From contig NC_068991.1 of assembly GCF_001194135.2 (NCBI RefSeq), positions 41,823,389 through 41,887,138 on the forward strand: a stretch of DNA of 63,750 bases. The letters are read 5' to 3'. The notes below the pieces were generated by a model. The model did no database searches, was not told where the DNA came from, and saw nothing but the letters and a program-made list of their open reading frames with translations. This document shows, piece by piece, positions 11,078 through 24,129 of this stretch (its first letter is position 1; every line of letters begins with the position of its first letter). Made by a program: the position numbers and the translations under genes. The DNA comes from Octopus bimaculoides (lineage: Eukaryota).

Positions 11078-14000
11078 GCCACCATACTGTGAAGTCACGG
11101 GAATTTGGTGCTCCGTAAGTTGAAATAGTGTTTGTAATCTTTTCGGCCTTCTAAGGCCCCGGCTTTTCATTTTTATTGTTACCAGTACATTTCTCAGATT
11201 GTCTGGACTGCGCAGATAGTAATTTTATGTAGAAATACCCCCCTGTTTTGCAGGGGGTGCACTTCAATAATTTTTGAATTTTAACTGCTTTCGGTAAAAA
11301 CAAATATTTTGCTAATTTCTGTAATTATTTAAAGATGGCTGATAATGAAGCCAGCATAATGTTCGACAAAGGAACGCGCTCCTTGTCGAGAAATACTGAG
11401 AACGAGGAAAGAATTGAGAATATAAATATCGAATGGACTAAACTTAATGACGTCACCGAGGCGAAAAGTGTTTCGTCTCTAAGCAACGTCAAAAGTTTTG
11501 GTGTCGACAACGAGAACAACAGCAGCAACAACAGCAACAGTGACAGCAGCAGCAGCAGAAGTGACAGCAACCACCACCACCACCACCACCACCACCACCA
11601 CCACCACCATCACCACCACCATGAAATCATAATATTGGGGGTCAGGAAACTACGTAAGCATAACTGGTTAGGTATAGGTATGGAACTGACCTTGCAATGC
11701 AAGCACGGCCATATCGACTAGCTGCCTGATCTAATCGATCTCCCGGATGGTACTCAGCTGTTAGTGTCCATGGAGGGTAGAAAGCCAAGATGCTGCAAAT
11801 GTGGATTTGTAAATCACTTAAAGGCTTTATGCTCTGAAACAAGGTAAAATAAAGTCCCACTGCTACCGACATTACAAATACAAGTGCAAAATCACAAGTA
11901 AGTGCCCAAGACTCCTTCACCTACTCCCACACCCACGCTCACACCCACTCCCAAACTAAGACAATGAAGGAGTCTACCCCCGGTTACCACGGAAAAGCAA
12001 GTTTCTCCTGAATGCTCTTCCTCCCAAACCAACATCAACTGCAATGACATGGAGAAGGAAGAGCTGAACGATCAATGGATCACAGTGACAAAAGCGGGTA
12101 GGCGAAAAAGGAGAAGAATACATAGCCCTACTCCAAGAAATCAGCAAAAACTTATTCTGAAATCACAACCGCAACACAATTCACAACCACCCCAACAAAA
12201 ACAACAAGAACAAGATCAACAACTTTAAAAACAGCAACATCATCAATAACAGCATAAAATCACAGAAACACAGAAACAACCAATTACAGGGGCTGGAAGG
12301 CCAGACTTCTTCAGGCGTCTAGAAACATTCTTAGGAATGTCTCGCACTTTAGTACTAGTGGGGGACTGGAATAGTATTTTGAACGCACGGAAGGACTGTG
12401 TGAATTTAGTACATAGTAGAAGTGAGTGTAAAAGCCTCAGAAACCTGCTCAGGACTTTCCAGCTTTCTGACAGGTAACGGCTGGATTTCCCTGATGTGCC
12501 AGTATGGACATGGAACAACCACAGTGGGTCATCCAGATCGTATTTAGATAGAGTATTTGCTAGGTCAGACGATAGGGATAGCATAGGTTGTCCACAATTT
12601 AAATTGGTCGGCTACGCAGATCACAAATTTGCAATATGCTCAGTCGATTTAGACAAGAACCGTAAACAGGGACCCAGGGAAGTTGAATGCGTCCTTACCG
12701 GCTCGCAAAGGCTACAAAGAGCGGATTAGCGAACTAGTTAAGCGGTAGTTGACGGGAGCTATCGTCAACAACCGGTGGTGGATCGCTCTGAAGAGAGCGA
12801 ATAAAGTAGAATCAATAGCGTTTAACAAAGATTTAGCAATAAAAAGAAATAGATTAGAGGGAGAACTAGTTAGCAAACTAGAAGAGGCTATCAGTGAAAG
12901 CATCACGACCGACGTGTTGGCGACGAGAATTCCCTTGACCATTTCTTTGAGGCGAAACACGAAGGCTGCGTTGTCAGAGCTAAGACATGTGCACTAAAAC
13001 ACGAATGAACTAAAGCCGTCCGATGGGCCTAAACGGTAGAGACATGACGTGGAAATAAAACCATAATCAAGTCTTTGACGGATTAGGACGGATGTGTGCT
13101 NNNNNNNNNNNNNNNNNNNNNNNNNNNNNNNNNNNNNNNNNNNNNNNNNNNNNNNNNNNNNNNNNNNNNNNNNNNNNNNNNNNNNNNNNNNNNNNNNNNN
13201 NNNNNNNNNNNNNNNNNNNNNNNNNNNNNNNNNNNNNNNNNNNNNNNNNNNNNNNNNNNNNNNNNNNNNNNNNNNNNNNNNNNNNNNNNNNNNNNNNNNN
13301 NNNNNNNNNNNNNNNNNNNNNNNNNNNNNNNNNNNNNNNNNNNNNNNNNNNNNNNNNNNNNNNNNNNNNNNNNNNNNNNNNNNNNNNNNNNNNNNNNNNN
13401 NNNNNNNNNNNNNNNNNNNNNNNNNNNNNNNNNNNNNNNNNNNNNNNNNNNNNNNNNNNNNNNNNNNNNNNNNNNNNNNNNNNNNNNNNNNNNNNNNNNN
13501 NNNNNNNNNNNNNNNNNNNNNNNNNNNNNNNNNNNNNNNNNNNNNNNNNNNNNNNNNNNNNNNNNNNNNNNNNNNNNNNNNNNNNNNNNNNNNNNNNNNN
13601 NNNNNNNNNNNNNNNNNNNNNNNNNNNNNNNNNNNNNNNNNNNNNNNNNNNNNNNNNNNNNNNNNNNNNNNNNNNNNNNNNNNNNNNNNNNNNNNNNNNN
13701 NNNNNNNNNNNNNNNNNNNNNNNNNNNNNNNNNNNNNNNNNNNNNNNNNNNNNNNNNNNNNNNNNNNNNNNNNNNNNNNNNNNNNNNNNNNNNNNNNNNN
13801 NNNNNNNNNNNNNNNNNNNNNNNNNNNNNNNNNNNNNNNNNNNNNNNNNNNNNNNNNNNNNNNNNNNNTATGTCGTATACAGGGCTGGGACTAAAGCTGG
13901 CTTCGATGGGGCCCTGATCAATTTAGATCAGTCGAAAGCTTTCGATGGGGTAGACCATCGCTACTTGGAAGCCGTCCTTAAGGCGGCCAGTTCCGGACCC

Positions 14001-15846
14001 GTTTTCAGAGTCTGGATTGCTGCAATGCACAGCGGTACCTGCTCGGTGGTAAAAGTAAATGGCCACCTATTGGAACCGTTTAGTATCGCACGTTCGGTCC
14101 GTTAGGGCTGCTCGCTGCTGTCACCTCTTCTGTATGTGCTGACTCTCGAGCCACTGCTGCGGAAGTTGGAACAGTTAAAAGGCCTGCCTTTTGAAATTGG
14201 ACTCGGGAGGGTAGTGTCTGCATACGCGGACGACGTTACTGTCATGGTGTCGGACGCCTCCGAAGTGGAGAAAGTCGGCTCCATTGTAAAGGAATATGAA
14301 TCAGTTGCAGAGGCTAAAATCAATGCCGACAAGTCGATGGTATTACAACTGGGCACCTGGAGAGGCAGATCGATGCTGTCGGACGCTGGACTGACGGACC
14401 AGTTAAACTGCTCGGGGTTTGGTTTGGTCCCGACTTCCAGGTAGATAAAAGTTGGGAAGAGGTGACGAACAGGGTGACCTCTCTTACCCAGAAGTCTTAC
14501 CCGGAGAGGAAGTTGTCCTTGAAGGGTCGGGAAGAAGTGGCGAATGCCTACATCGCCTCTGTCATTATTCATCGTCTGACCGTCGTGCCTTGTCCCAGTT
14601 ACTGTTTGATTACATTGGAGCGTATCCTGTTTATTTTCTTGTAGAAGGGATGCGTTCCAATGGTCAGGTGGTCGGTCTACTGCCAACTTTCTTTGCGTGG
14701 CGGCTTAGGCATGCCATGGCTTTTAATGTGCAGACACGCACTCAGGTTGCGCCACCTGCAGCGATTTCTAGAAGGTGAACGTGTGTGGGCTCCGTTTCTG
14801 AGACACGCCTTTCCGCAGCTCGTCTCCTTGATGGAGCTGCAGTCCTGAGTAAAAGATAGGCCGAGACTGGGCGCCTGGCACTTAGAATGTCGTCAGGCGC
14901 TCACTGTACTCTACAAGTCGGGCAATAGGATCGGTGGATGTTCCACTTTAGATACTTACAGAGGATTTATAGCGGGGAAGTACGGCGACGTCCTCGGGGA
15001 GACCCTAGGCGTCGACGAAGACGAACTGGCAAGTCTATTCCGGAAGACTTTCCGGTCGGGAACTGTTATGGATAATTTCTAGATGTCTTTGGCCTGGCAG
15101 TGCTACCGAGGGGCGCTACCGGTTCGAGATAAACTCCACAGGCAAGGATGTGCTGTCAGACGGGCTTGTCCGAGGTGCTTGCGAAACCGTTCTACATGCA
15201 CTCATCCAGTGTCCTGGCATTGGTGACTTGTGGAATTATGTGGAACAGCTACTGTCGCGTGTAGGACAGATACGTCCGTCGTCCGAATCCATAATGATGA
15301 TTGCCCTGCCGCCCTCCTTTAATCGGGCTGGCAAGGCAGTTTTCCTTTGTCTAGTGACTGTGGCGAAAGAGGTTATCTGGTGAACGAGGCTGAAAGGAAT
15401 AAGGACAGAAACATTCCTCTTTGGTAAAGCCCTCATCAACTTTTTCAAGTTTCACTTGAAAAGGTAAGTGGGGTGGAGAGGGAGTGGGTGAAAGTTGCGA
15501 AAATGGCAAGAGTGGATGGTACCACTCTCAGTGTAGACCTGTGAGTCGGAAGGAAGACATTGGAGAGGGCTCCCGTCTTTGGTATTCAGGGTGATCTTGG
15601 ATGGTGAGGTTCCTTGATTATCCCCAGAGGTCCTCCTGTATCAGGGGGATCCCATCACAATCACTTTTTCTTTTATTTCTTTTATTTCTTTTTATCCTTT
15701 TTATTATTTTTTTTCTAGTGTCATATGCTATGTATACTTCCCTTCTAATGTATAGTTTTTATTTTATCATTCCATTATATGTAAACCCCCAACACTGTTT
15801 TTGTATTGTCCCCTCATCCTTCGCCTTGGTGTGAAATAAAAGAAAT
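11078..15846 (+). mobile_element. L1/Tx1-clade LINE, near full length but decayed and internally deleted (5' UTR, ORF1, ORF2, 3' UTR)
   Basis: ORF1 starts at ATG 11335. An in-frame gag-like knuckle CCKCGFVNHLKALC (11791-11832) follows a stop at 11719. ORF2 has APE motifs GDWN / SYLDR / ADH (12290-12660), RT motifs LDQSKAFD and SAYADDVT, and a C-terminal CPRC..ETVLHALIQC. Ends AATAAAAGAAATG plus (ATT)n. Confidence 0.9.
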
Positions 15847-15929
15847 GATTATTATTATTAATATCATTAATAATAGTAATATGCTAATACCTATGTACGT
15901 ACATACGTACGTATGTACTTGTGGTGCGT

Positions 15930-16169
15930 GTTACTTATTTGAAAGGAAGAGGTAAAAAGAGAGAAATAAAACTTGTTAAGCAGAGGAAGTATAGTTGAAG
16001 TGAGAGGCAAAGCGGCAAAGAGGAGGGAGTAAGAGGGAGTGAGAGAGAGAGAAGAGAGAAGAGAGAGAGGGGAAGATTGATAGCGCTGAGAGGTAAGAGA
16101 AATATAACGCGTTAAACGCAGGAAGACTGTTGAAGGTAAGGAGACACAGAGGAGGGTGGGAGGGGGAAG

Positions 16170-16210
<41 letters not shown>

Positions 16211-16410
16211 AAGATTTAGAGAGAGAGAGAGAGAGAGAGAAAGATTTAGAGAGAGAGAGAGAGAGATTGAGTGAAGGAAGGGAGTGGATAGAGAATAATC
16301 GTGAAAGAGAATGAAACCATTCTCATAGAGAAAACGCTGGAAAACTTTTTGTTTTGGAAGATATATAATAAAGCCGTTGAAAATATGGAAATTGCAAAGA
16401 GAAATGTTGC

Positions 16411-16464
<54 letters not shown>

Positions 16465-16670
16465 GTCTGTCTGTCTGACTGTCTCTAACACAGACTCTCT
16501 CACCCTTTGTCTGTTTCTCAGCAAATAGCTGTGGATGTTACTGTTACTTTTCTACAGTTGAAGGGCGAGGAAGAAAGAGAGAAATAAAAAGTGTTAAGAA
16601 GTGGAGGTATATTTGAAGTGAGTGGCGGAGCGAAAGAGAGGAGGGACAGAGAGGGAGTGAGAGAGAGAGG
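15930..16670. repeat. Diverged ~120-bp purine-rich direct repeat pair (15930-16050 and 16540-16670) around (GA)n/(TATC)n tracts
   Basis: Both copies share GAGAGAAATAAAA..TGTTAAG.AG.GGA.GTATA.TTGAAGTGAG.GGC. Confidence 0.7.
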
Positions 16671-17046
16671 TGGGGTGAGTGGTGACTGAAAAGAAGGCGG
16701 CGTTCGTTTTGTGTTTTTAAATGTTTATCCGTATTTTCAGAGTAGACAGATACATAAGCACAGCAAATATCGGATGTTACTTTTACTTTCCTACAATTAC
16801 CATATTCTCTATACTGGGTTCTCAGCCAATATTGGATATTACTTTTACTCTCCTCTACTCTAACTGGATGTTACTGTTAAAGATGCTTACATCTTTTGAA
16901 TTTCGTAGAATTTCTGAGGGTTCTGCTAATATATAATTATTCGATAGTTATTAAATGAAGCCACTATTTACAGATGCTTACATTTTTTTTATTTTCCGTG
17001 AAGTTTTCACGGGTCCAGCTAGTTATTATTATTACTATTATTATTC

Positions 17047-17260
17047 AGGCGGCGAGTTGGCAGAATCGTTAGCACGCCGGGCGAAATAATTAGCGGTATT
17101 TTATCTGTCATCACGTTCTGAGTTCAAATGCCGCCGGGGTTGACTTTGCCTTTCATCCTTTAGGGGTCGATAAATTAAGTACCAGTTACGCACTGGAGTC
17201 AATGTAATTGACTGGTCCCCTCCCCCAAAATGTTAGGCCTTGTGTCTATTGTTGAAAGGA
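17047..17260 (+). mobile_element. tRNA-derived SINE flanked by (ATT)n on both sides
   Basis: Same SINE family. (ATT)n lies at 17024-17045 and 17260-17289. Confidence 0.9.
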
Positions 17261-17289
17261 TTATTATTATTATTATTATTATTATCATT

Positions 17290-20236
17290 AGGGACAGCAT
17301 AGGGTGTCCACAATTCCACATAGTCGGCTACACAGACCACAAATTCCTGATCTGTACACTCGACTTAGATAGGCTACATAGACTGGGTCCTGGTTACTGG
17401 AAGCTAAACGCATCATTAACGGCGTGCAAAGCTTACAGAGACCGGATAGTTTATTAGTTAAGCGGGCGTTGATGGGGACAATCATCAATAACAACTGGTG
17501 GTTTGCTCTCAAGAGGGCAATTAGAGCAGAATCGATTAGGTTTAGTAAGGCTGTAGAACGAAAGAAAACAGAGCGGGATTTAGTTAGAAAACTAGACGAG
17601 GCTCTTAGGACAGGCATTGCAACTGACGTGTCGGCGGTCGGGTTGGCTCTCGACCAACACTTCGACGCCAAACACGAAGGCTGCGTTGTCAGAGCTAAGG
17701 CATATTTGGTAAGCGGGAAGGGGACTAAGGTCGCTCGATGGGCCCGCGTGGCGGAGGCGAAGCGTGGCAACAAAGCGACCATTCGGTCTTTAGTGGACCA
17801 GAACGGGCGTGAGGTTTCCGAACCGCAGCAGATGTGTACGGCCTTTCAGTAGCACTTTGCTCGACTGTTCGGGACGAGCGGTGGGACGGACAACGGGACA
17901 GACTTCGGTGTGTACCTGGACGGCCTGCTGCGACTCTCGGCCAACGAGGCGGAGTGCTGCGAAAGACCGATAACTGCTTTGGAAGTACAAGAAGCGATGA
18001 AAAGCTGCACGAGGGGTAGATCACCGGGTTTGGATGGTCTACCCTACGAGCTTTACATTTCAATGCCAGACTTGTTTGTGGGCCCCTTGGCAGACGTCTA
18101 CTGTAACTGGCAATAAAACGGGAGAATTCCTGCATTTGTTTGCTGAGAAAGGACCCAAAAAAGGGGGACGTGATAGGGAACTTCTGGCCCATCACTCTGC
18201 TCAATGCAGAGTTGGAGATTTTGACCAAGGTGCTACCCAAGAGGTTGGCGCTTGTCGTGGACAAGCTGATTGGCAAGGCACAGACATGCACCGTGCCGAC
18301 CAGGTCTATCCACAACCTACATCTCACGCGCTACATCATAGAAAGGGTAGGGCTTTGATCAATTTAGATCAGTCTAAAGCCTTCGATAGGGTCGACCATC
18401 GATACTTGGCAGCTGTTCTCAAGGCAGCCGGTTTCGGTCCGGTCTTTCGCGGGTGGATCGCTGCTTTGTACAGCGGCATCTGTCGGTCATACGAGTGAAC
18501 GGTCACCTTTTGGAGCCGTTCAACATCTTGCGTTCGGTTTGCTAAGGAGCCCTCTCTCCTCCCTCCTGTACGTATTGACTCTCGAGCCATTATTGCAGCA
18601 GCTGGAGGTTTTGAAGGGTGTCCCGCATGATCTGGGATGTGGAAGGAGCGTGTCTGCCTGTGCCGACGACGCCACCGTGATGGTGTCGTGTCACAGACAC
18701 ATCAATCTGATTGGCGAGACGCTAAGCGAATAAGAAGCGGTGACAACGCGAAAATTAACGCAGAAAAGTCTGTGGGCTTGCAACTGGGCACCTGGAGGGG
18801 CAAGTCCATGCCGTCCAACAGTGTTGTGGGACGCAGGACAGACGGTCCCGTTAAATTGCTCGGGGTCTGGTTGGGCCCGGACCTCCAGGTGGAGAAAAAC
18901 TGGGACGAGGGGACGAGCAGAGTGGCCAATCTCACCCAGAAATGGGCCGAGAGGAAGCTGTCCCTGAAAGGTCGAGCGGAGGTGGTGAGCGCGTTCATCG
19001 CATCCGTCATCTATTACCGCTTGNNNNNNNNNNNNNNNNNNNNNNNNNNNNNNNNNNNNNNNNNNNNNNNNNNNNNNNNNNNNNNNNNNNNNNNNNNNNN
19101 NNNNNNNNNNNNNNNNNNNNNNNNNNNNNNNNNNNNNNNNNNNNNNNNNNNNNNNNNNNNNNNNNNNNNNNNNNNNNNNNNNNNNNNNNNNNNNNNNNNN
19201 NNNNNNNNNNNNNNNNNNNNNNNNNNNNNNNNNNNNNNNNNNNNNNNNNNNNNNNNNNNNNNNNNNNNNNNCGTTCGTCAGACTCTCCTTTCCACAGCTC
19301 GTCTCTTTGACCGAGCAGCAATCTTGGATCAAATGTAGACCGAGAAAGGGCGCTTGGCATCTCGAGTGTCGTGAAGCTCTCACCGCCCTCCGCCATGCGG
19401 GCAATGCGATCGGTAATAGTTCCACTCTAACGTTCTATAGAGGGTTAGTACAGGGAAAGTGCGACGACGTTCTCGGGGGAAACTCTAGGCCTCGGCGACG
19501 ACCAGCTAAGCAGTCTGTTTGGAAGGACTTTCGGGCTGGGGCCTATGGATAACTTCCAAAAGTTTCTCGCCTGGCAGTACCACCGAGGGGTGCTGTTCTG
19601 TACGCACTCGTTCAGTGCCCGAGTATTGCTGACCTGTGAGTTTATGTCGAACAGCTACTGTCGCGTGTAGGTCAGATCCGGCTATCAGCTGAATCCATTG
19701 TGAAGATTGCCCTGCCGACCTCCTTTAACCGGGAGGGCAAGGCAACTTTCAATTGTCTGGTAGCTGTAACGAAAGAGGTGGTATGGTGGACCCGTTTGAA
19801 AGGGCTAAAGTCAGACACTTTCCTCTTTGGTCAAGGCCTCATCAACTTTTTCAAGTTCCACTTGAAAAGGAAGGTGAGAGTAGAGAAGGAAGTGTTGGCT
19901 CGTAGTAAATTTGTTGAAAGGTGGGTGAATGTCGGCAAAATGGCCAGTATGAACGGACCAGTTCTAAGATTACACCTGTAAAAAAGGAGGAATATAAAGG
20001 GAGAAGTGGCTCTCTCCCCGTTTGACCAGGATCCCGTGGCTTTTATGGGTTTTTCCAAGAGTAACCTTTCAAAGCGCCTCCCCCTATTGGGAGTTTTACA
20101 TGTTATATTTTTCTCTGTTATTTCAATGTTTACACGGACCTCTTTCTCTTTGCAAGACCCTTTGTTTTTCATCGTCCTGTATTTGTCCTTACATATTTTG
20201 ATTTATATTAGCCCTTGTGGCCAATAAAACCAGAAT
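17290..20236 (+). mobile_element. 5'-truncated L1/Tx1-clade LINE (ORF2 pseudogene plus 3' UTR)
   Basis: Starts inside APE (RDSIGCPQF.IVGYTDHKF, homologous to 12575-12630), then PGYWKLN, GRSPGLDGLPYE, NFWPITLLNAELEILTKVL, LINLDQSKAFDRVDH and SACADDAT. Ends GCCCTTGTGGCCAATAAAACCAGAATT plus (ATT)n. Confidence 0.92.
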
Positions 20237-20251
20237 TAATTATTATTATTA

Positions 20252-20465
20252 CGTTGTCGAGCTAGCAGAATGCTTAAAGCGCCCAAAAAATGCTTCGCTG
20301 TATTTATTCCAGCTCTTTATGTTCTGTGTTCAAATCCTACTTAGGTTAACTTCGCTTTTCCTGCCACCGGGATGGATGAAATAAGTACCAGTCAAGTACT
20401 GGGTCGACAGCGTCGACAAACGCTATCCCCTCAAATCGGCTGGCCTTGTGCGTAAATCAAAAACA
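20252..20465 (+). mobile_element. tRNA-derived SINE, diverged
   Basis: GAGCTAGCAGAATG...TTCAAATCC...AAATAAGTACCAGTCAAGTACTGGG. Confidence 0.8.
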
Positions 20466-21199
20466 ATTGCTGCTGCTATTGCTGTTGCTGCTGCTGTTGT
20501 TGCTGTTGTTGTTGTTATTGTTGAGGNNNNNNNNNNNNNNNNNNNNNNNNNNNNNNNNNNNNNNNNNNNNNNNNNNNNNNNNNNNNNNNNNNNNNNNNNN
20601 NNNNNNNNNNNNNNNNNNNNNNNNNNNNNNNNNNNNNNNNNNNNNNNNNNNNNNNNNNNNNNNNNNNNNNNNNNNNNNNNNNNNNNNNNNNNNNNNNNNN
20701 NNNNNNNNNNNNNNNNNNNNNNNNNNNNNNNNNNNNNNNNNNNNNNNNNNNNNNNNNNNNNNNNNNNNNNNNNNNNNNNNNNNNNNNNNNNNNNNNNNNN
20801 NNNNNNNNNNNNNNNNNNNNNNNNNNNNNNNNNNNNNNNNNNNNNNNNNNNNNNNNNNNNNNNNNNNNNNNNNNNNNNNNNNNNNNNNNNNNNNNNNNNN
20901 NNNNNNNNNNNNNNNNNNNNNNNNNNNNNNNNNNNNNNNNNNNNNNNNNNNNNNNNNNNNNNNNNNNNNNNNNNNNNNNNNNNNNNNAATTGCGAATAAT
21001 CTAGTTTGGTGGTCAATGAACTCTCGCGAAATATAACGCAGCAATATACACCAGAATGCAGTGACCAAACAAATATAGGAAAAACACCTTTTGTTAAGTG
21101 ATTAATTCATTTTTTTTTTTACTTCGTGCTTGAGTGGTTGAGGGCGTTCATATGAAAATAGCAAGTTTTCACGAGAAATATTGGTTTCTAATGTAGGTA

Positions 21200-21378
21200 C
21201 AAGGCCAGTAATTTCGGGAAAAGGGGTAAGTGATACACTGTTAGTTATTTTATCGACCCCGAAAGGATGAAAGGCAGAGTCGACCCCCAGTGGATTTTGA
21301 ACGTAGGACGTAAAGACAGACAAAATGCCGCCGAGCGTTTAGCCCGGCGTGCTAAAAATTCAGCCAGCTCGCCGCCTT
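21200..21378 (-). mobile_element. tRNA-derived SINE
   Basis: Reverse complement of the same family: TCGACCCCGAAAGGATGAAAGGCAGAGTCGACC...GCCAGCTCGCCGCC. Confidence 0.9.
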
Positions 21379-21860
21379 CCCAATGAGAAATATTAATATT
21401 CTTATAAAAGCAATCTCTAATACGAGAACAATGAAACCCCTGGGTAATGGTTGGTTCACTCAAAGTCAAATAAATATATTTGAAACGTATTACTTTCACA
21501 CGTCACCCGACATGTTTATCGATATGGATGCTTACCTGCATTACTCCACCCATGAGAGGGCTGCATGGTTTAGTAATATAATACATTCGCTGCAGGTTCT
21601 GTTTCCTTTGTTTTTCTTATTCGTTTTTGCTTCCTGCCACTTGTTTGATAAGTATGTAATATTGTTTACACCGTCCTCTATCACTGAATAAATGTCAGGC
21701 ATACAAACTCAGAAACTCAGGCAAACCATAAGGAAAACATTAATATATACATACGCTCACATACATTCTTACATATCTGAGTATCTCTACATGAATATAT
21801 GTATATATGTGTGTGCGTGTGCGCATGTGCGCGAGTGTATGTATGCATGTATGTATGTGT

Positions 21861-21896
<36 letters not shown>

Positions 21897-21979
21897 TACA
21901 CACACACCCACACACACAAACATACACACCCACCCACACACACTCTCTCTCTCTCCCCCTCTCTCTCTTTTTCCTTCTC

Positions 21980-22045
<66 letters not shown>

Positions 22046-22327
22046 TCTAATATAGATGTATGTAACAGCTGAACGGGTTTAATGTTGCACACCACAGCAT
22101 GGTAGCATAAAACTAGCGTGGTATATCATCTAAAGATATTCTGCACTATAATGATTTATCAAAGAACCACCAGGCCTCATACTTACTGAGGCAATGGAAT
22201 GCTGCGCCGTTTATATTTTTCGAAGGACATCAGTAATATATGGGATATGCAGCAGCTTTATCTGGGAATGATACCCGAATTACTGCGTCGGCTAGTTGGA
22301 GCTTACTTTTATCCTGTCAATAATAAC

Positions 22328-22389
<62 letters not shown>

Positions 22390-22412
22390 CAACAGCAGCA
22401 GCAGCAGCAGCC

Positions 22413-22493
<81 letters not shown>

Positions 22494-22890
22494 ATACAGA
22501 TTTGCTAAGCGAAATCGAAAAGATGTGGCATCTCAAGACGGTTACAATACCAATAATTTTAGCACTTGGAATGTTCAAAAAAGGAACTGAAAATTACTTA
22601 AGAATGATCCCTGGCTTACCATCCATACAGAAAGTGCAAAAGATTGTCTTAACTGGTGCGTCACACGTATTGAGAAGAGCATTGTCGCTGTGAATTTTTT
22701 TTCCCTTTTTTCCCCTTTATTTATTTTATTTTTCTCTGTCTTTCTTCCCCTTTTTCTCTGTCACATGACTTTGTAAATGGACAATTTGGTGTGTTTATTT
22801 TAATGGCCTGCCAATGTATACCGTGCGTTTCTCTGCTCTAGGTCTCAGGAAGACACTCGGCAAGAAATGGAAACAGAATTGAAAGAAGAT
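22494..22890 (+). mobile_element. R4/Dong-like LINE 3' stub (RLE C-terminus plus 3' UTR)
   Basis: DLLSEIEKMWHLKTVTIPIILALGM...IQKVQKIVLTGASHVLRRALSL*, then UTR ending in (TAA)n. Confidence 0.85.
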
Positions 22891-22909
22891 GATAATGAAA
22901 ATAATGATG

Positions 22910-22955
<46 letters not shown>

Positions 22956-22970
22956 TAATAATAATAATAA

Positions 22971-23165
22971 TGGCTGAAGTTCAAAAGATAGTGCTCATGG
23001 GAACTGCCCATATCCTACGTAAAATACTGTCTATGTGATCTCAAATTTTAAAGCAAACACATAATTTTTTTATGGTTTCTTAAACATTCACTTGAACAAA
23101 ACTGTACAAATCCAAATATATGGTACCCTAGGCATAACACCTACATGAACTTCTAACTTGTTGTC
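22971..23165 (+). mobile_element. Second R4/Dong-like 3' stub, directly after (TAA)n
   Basis: MAEVQKIVLMGTAHILRKILSM* plus UTR, running into a gap that is followed by (TAA)n. Confidence 0.8.
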
Positions 23166-23992
23166 NNNNNNNNNNNNNNNNNNNNNNNNNNNNNNNNNNN
23201 NNNNNNNNNNNNNNNNNNNNNNNNNNNNNNNNNNNNNNNNNNNNNNNNNNNNNNNNNNNNNNNNNNNNNNNNNNNNNNNNNNNNNNNNNNNNNNNNNNNN
23301 NNNNNNNNNNNNNNNNNNNNNNNNNNNNNNNNNNNNNNNNNNNNNNNNNNNNNNNNNNNNNNNNNNNNNNNNNNNNNNNNNNNNNNNNNNNNNNNNNNNN
23401 NNNNNNNNNNNNNNNNNNNNNNNNNNNNNNNNNNNNNNNNNNNNNNNNNNNNNNNNNNNNNNNNNNNNNNNNNNNNNNNNNNNNNNNNNNNNNNNNNNNN
23501 NNNNNNNNNNNNNNNNNNNNNNNNNNNNNNNNNNNNNNNNNNNNNNNNNNNNNNNNNNNNNNNNNNNNNNNNNNNNNNNNNNNNNNNNNNNNNNNNNNNN
23601 NNNNNNNNNNNNNNNNNNNNNNNNNNNNNNNNNNNNNNNNNNNNNNNNNNNNNNNNNNNNNNNNNNNNNNNNNNNNNNNNNNNNNNNNNNNNNNNNNNNN
23701 NNNNNNNNNNNNNNNNNNNNNNNNNNNNNNNNNNNNNNNNNNNNNNNNNNNNNNNNNNNNNNNNNNNNNNNNNNNNNNNNNNNNNNNNNNNNNNNNNNNN
23801 NNNNNNNNNNNNNNNNNNNNNNNNNNNNNNNNNNNNNNNNNNNNNNNNNNNNNNNNNNNNNNNNNNNNNNNNNNNNNNNNNNNNNNNNNNNNNNNNNNNN
23901 NNNNNNNNNNNNNNNNNNNNNNNNNNNNNNNNNNNNNNNNNNNNNNNNNNNNNNNNNNNNNNNNNNNNNNNNNNTAATAATAATAATAATAA

Positions 23993-24023
<31 letters not shown>

Positions 24024-24129
24024 AAGAAGAAGAAGAAGAAGAAGAAGAAGAAGAAGAAGAAGAAGAAGAAAGAAAGAAAGAAAGAAAGAAAGAAGGAAAG
24101 AAAGAAAGAAAGAAAGAAAGGAAAAAGAA

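Noticed and set aside
22187-22261. Minus-strand 75-nt exon-like segment (TTCCCAG|...|GTAAGT)
   Set aside because: Stops in all three frames. It could only be a terminal or non-coding exon, and nothing supports that.
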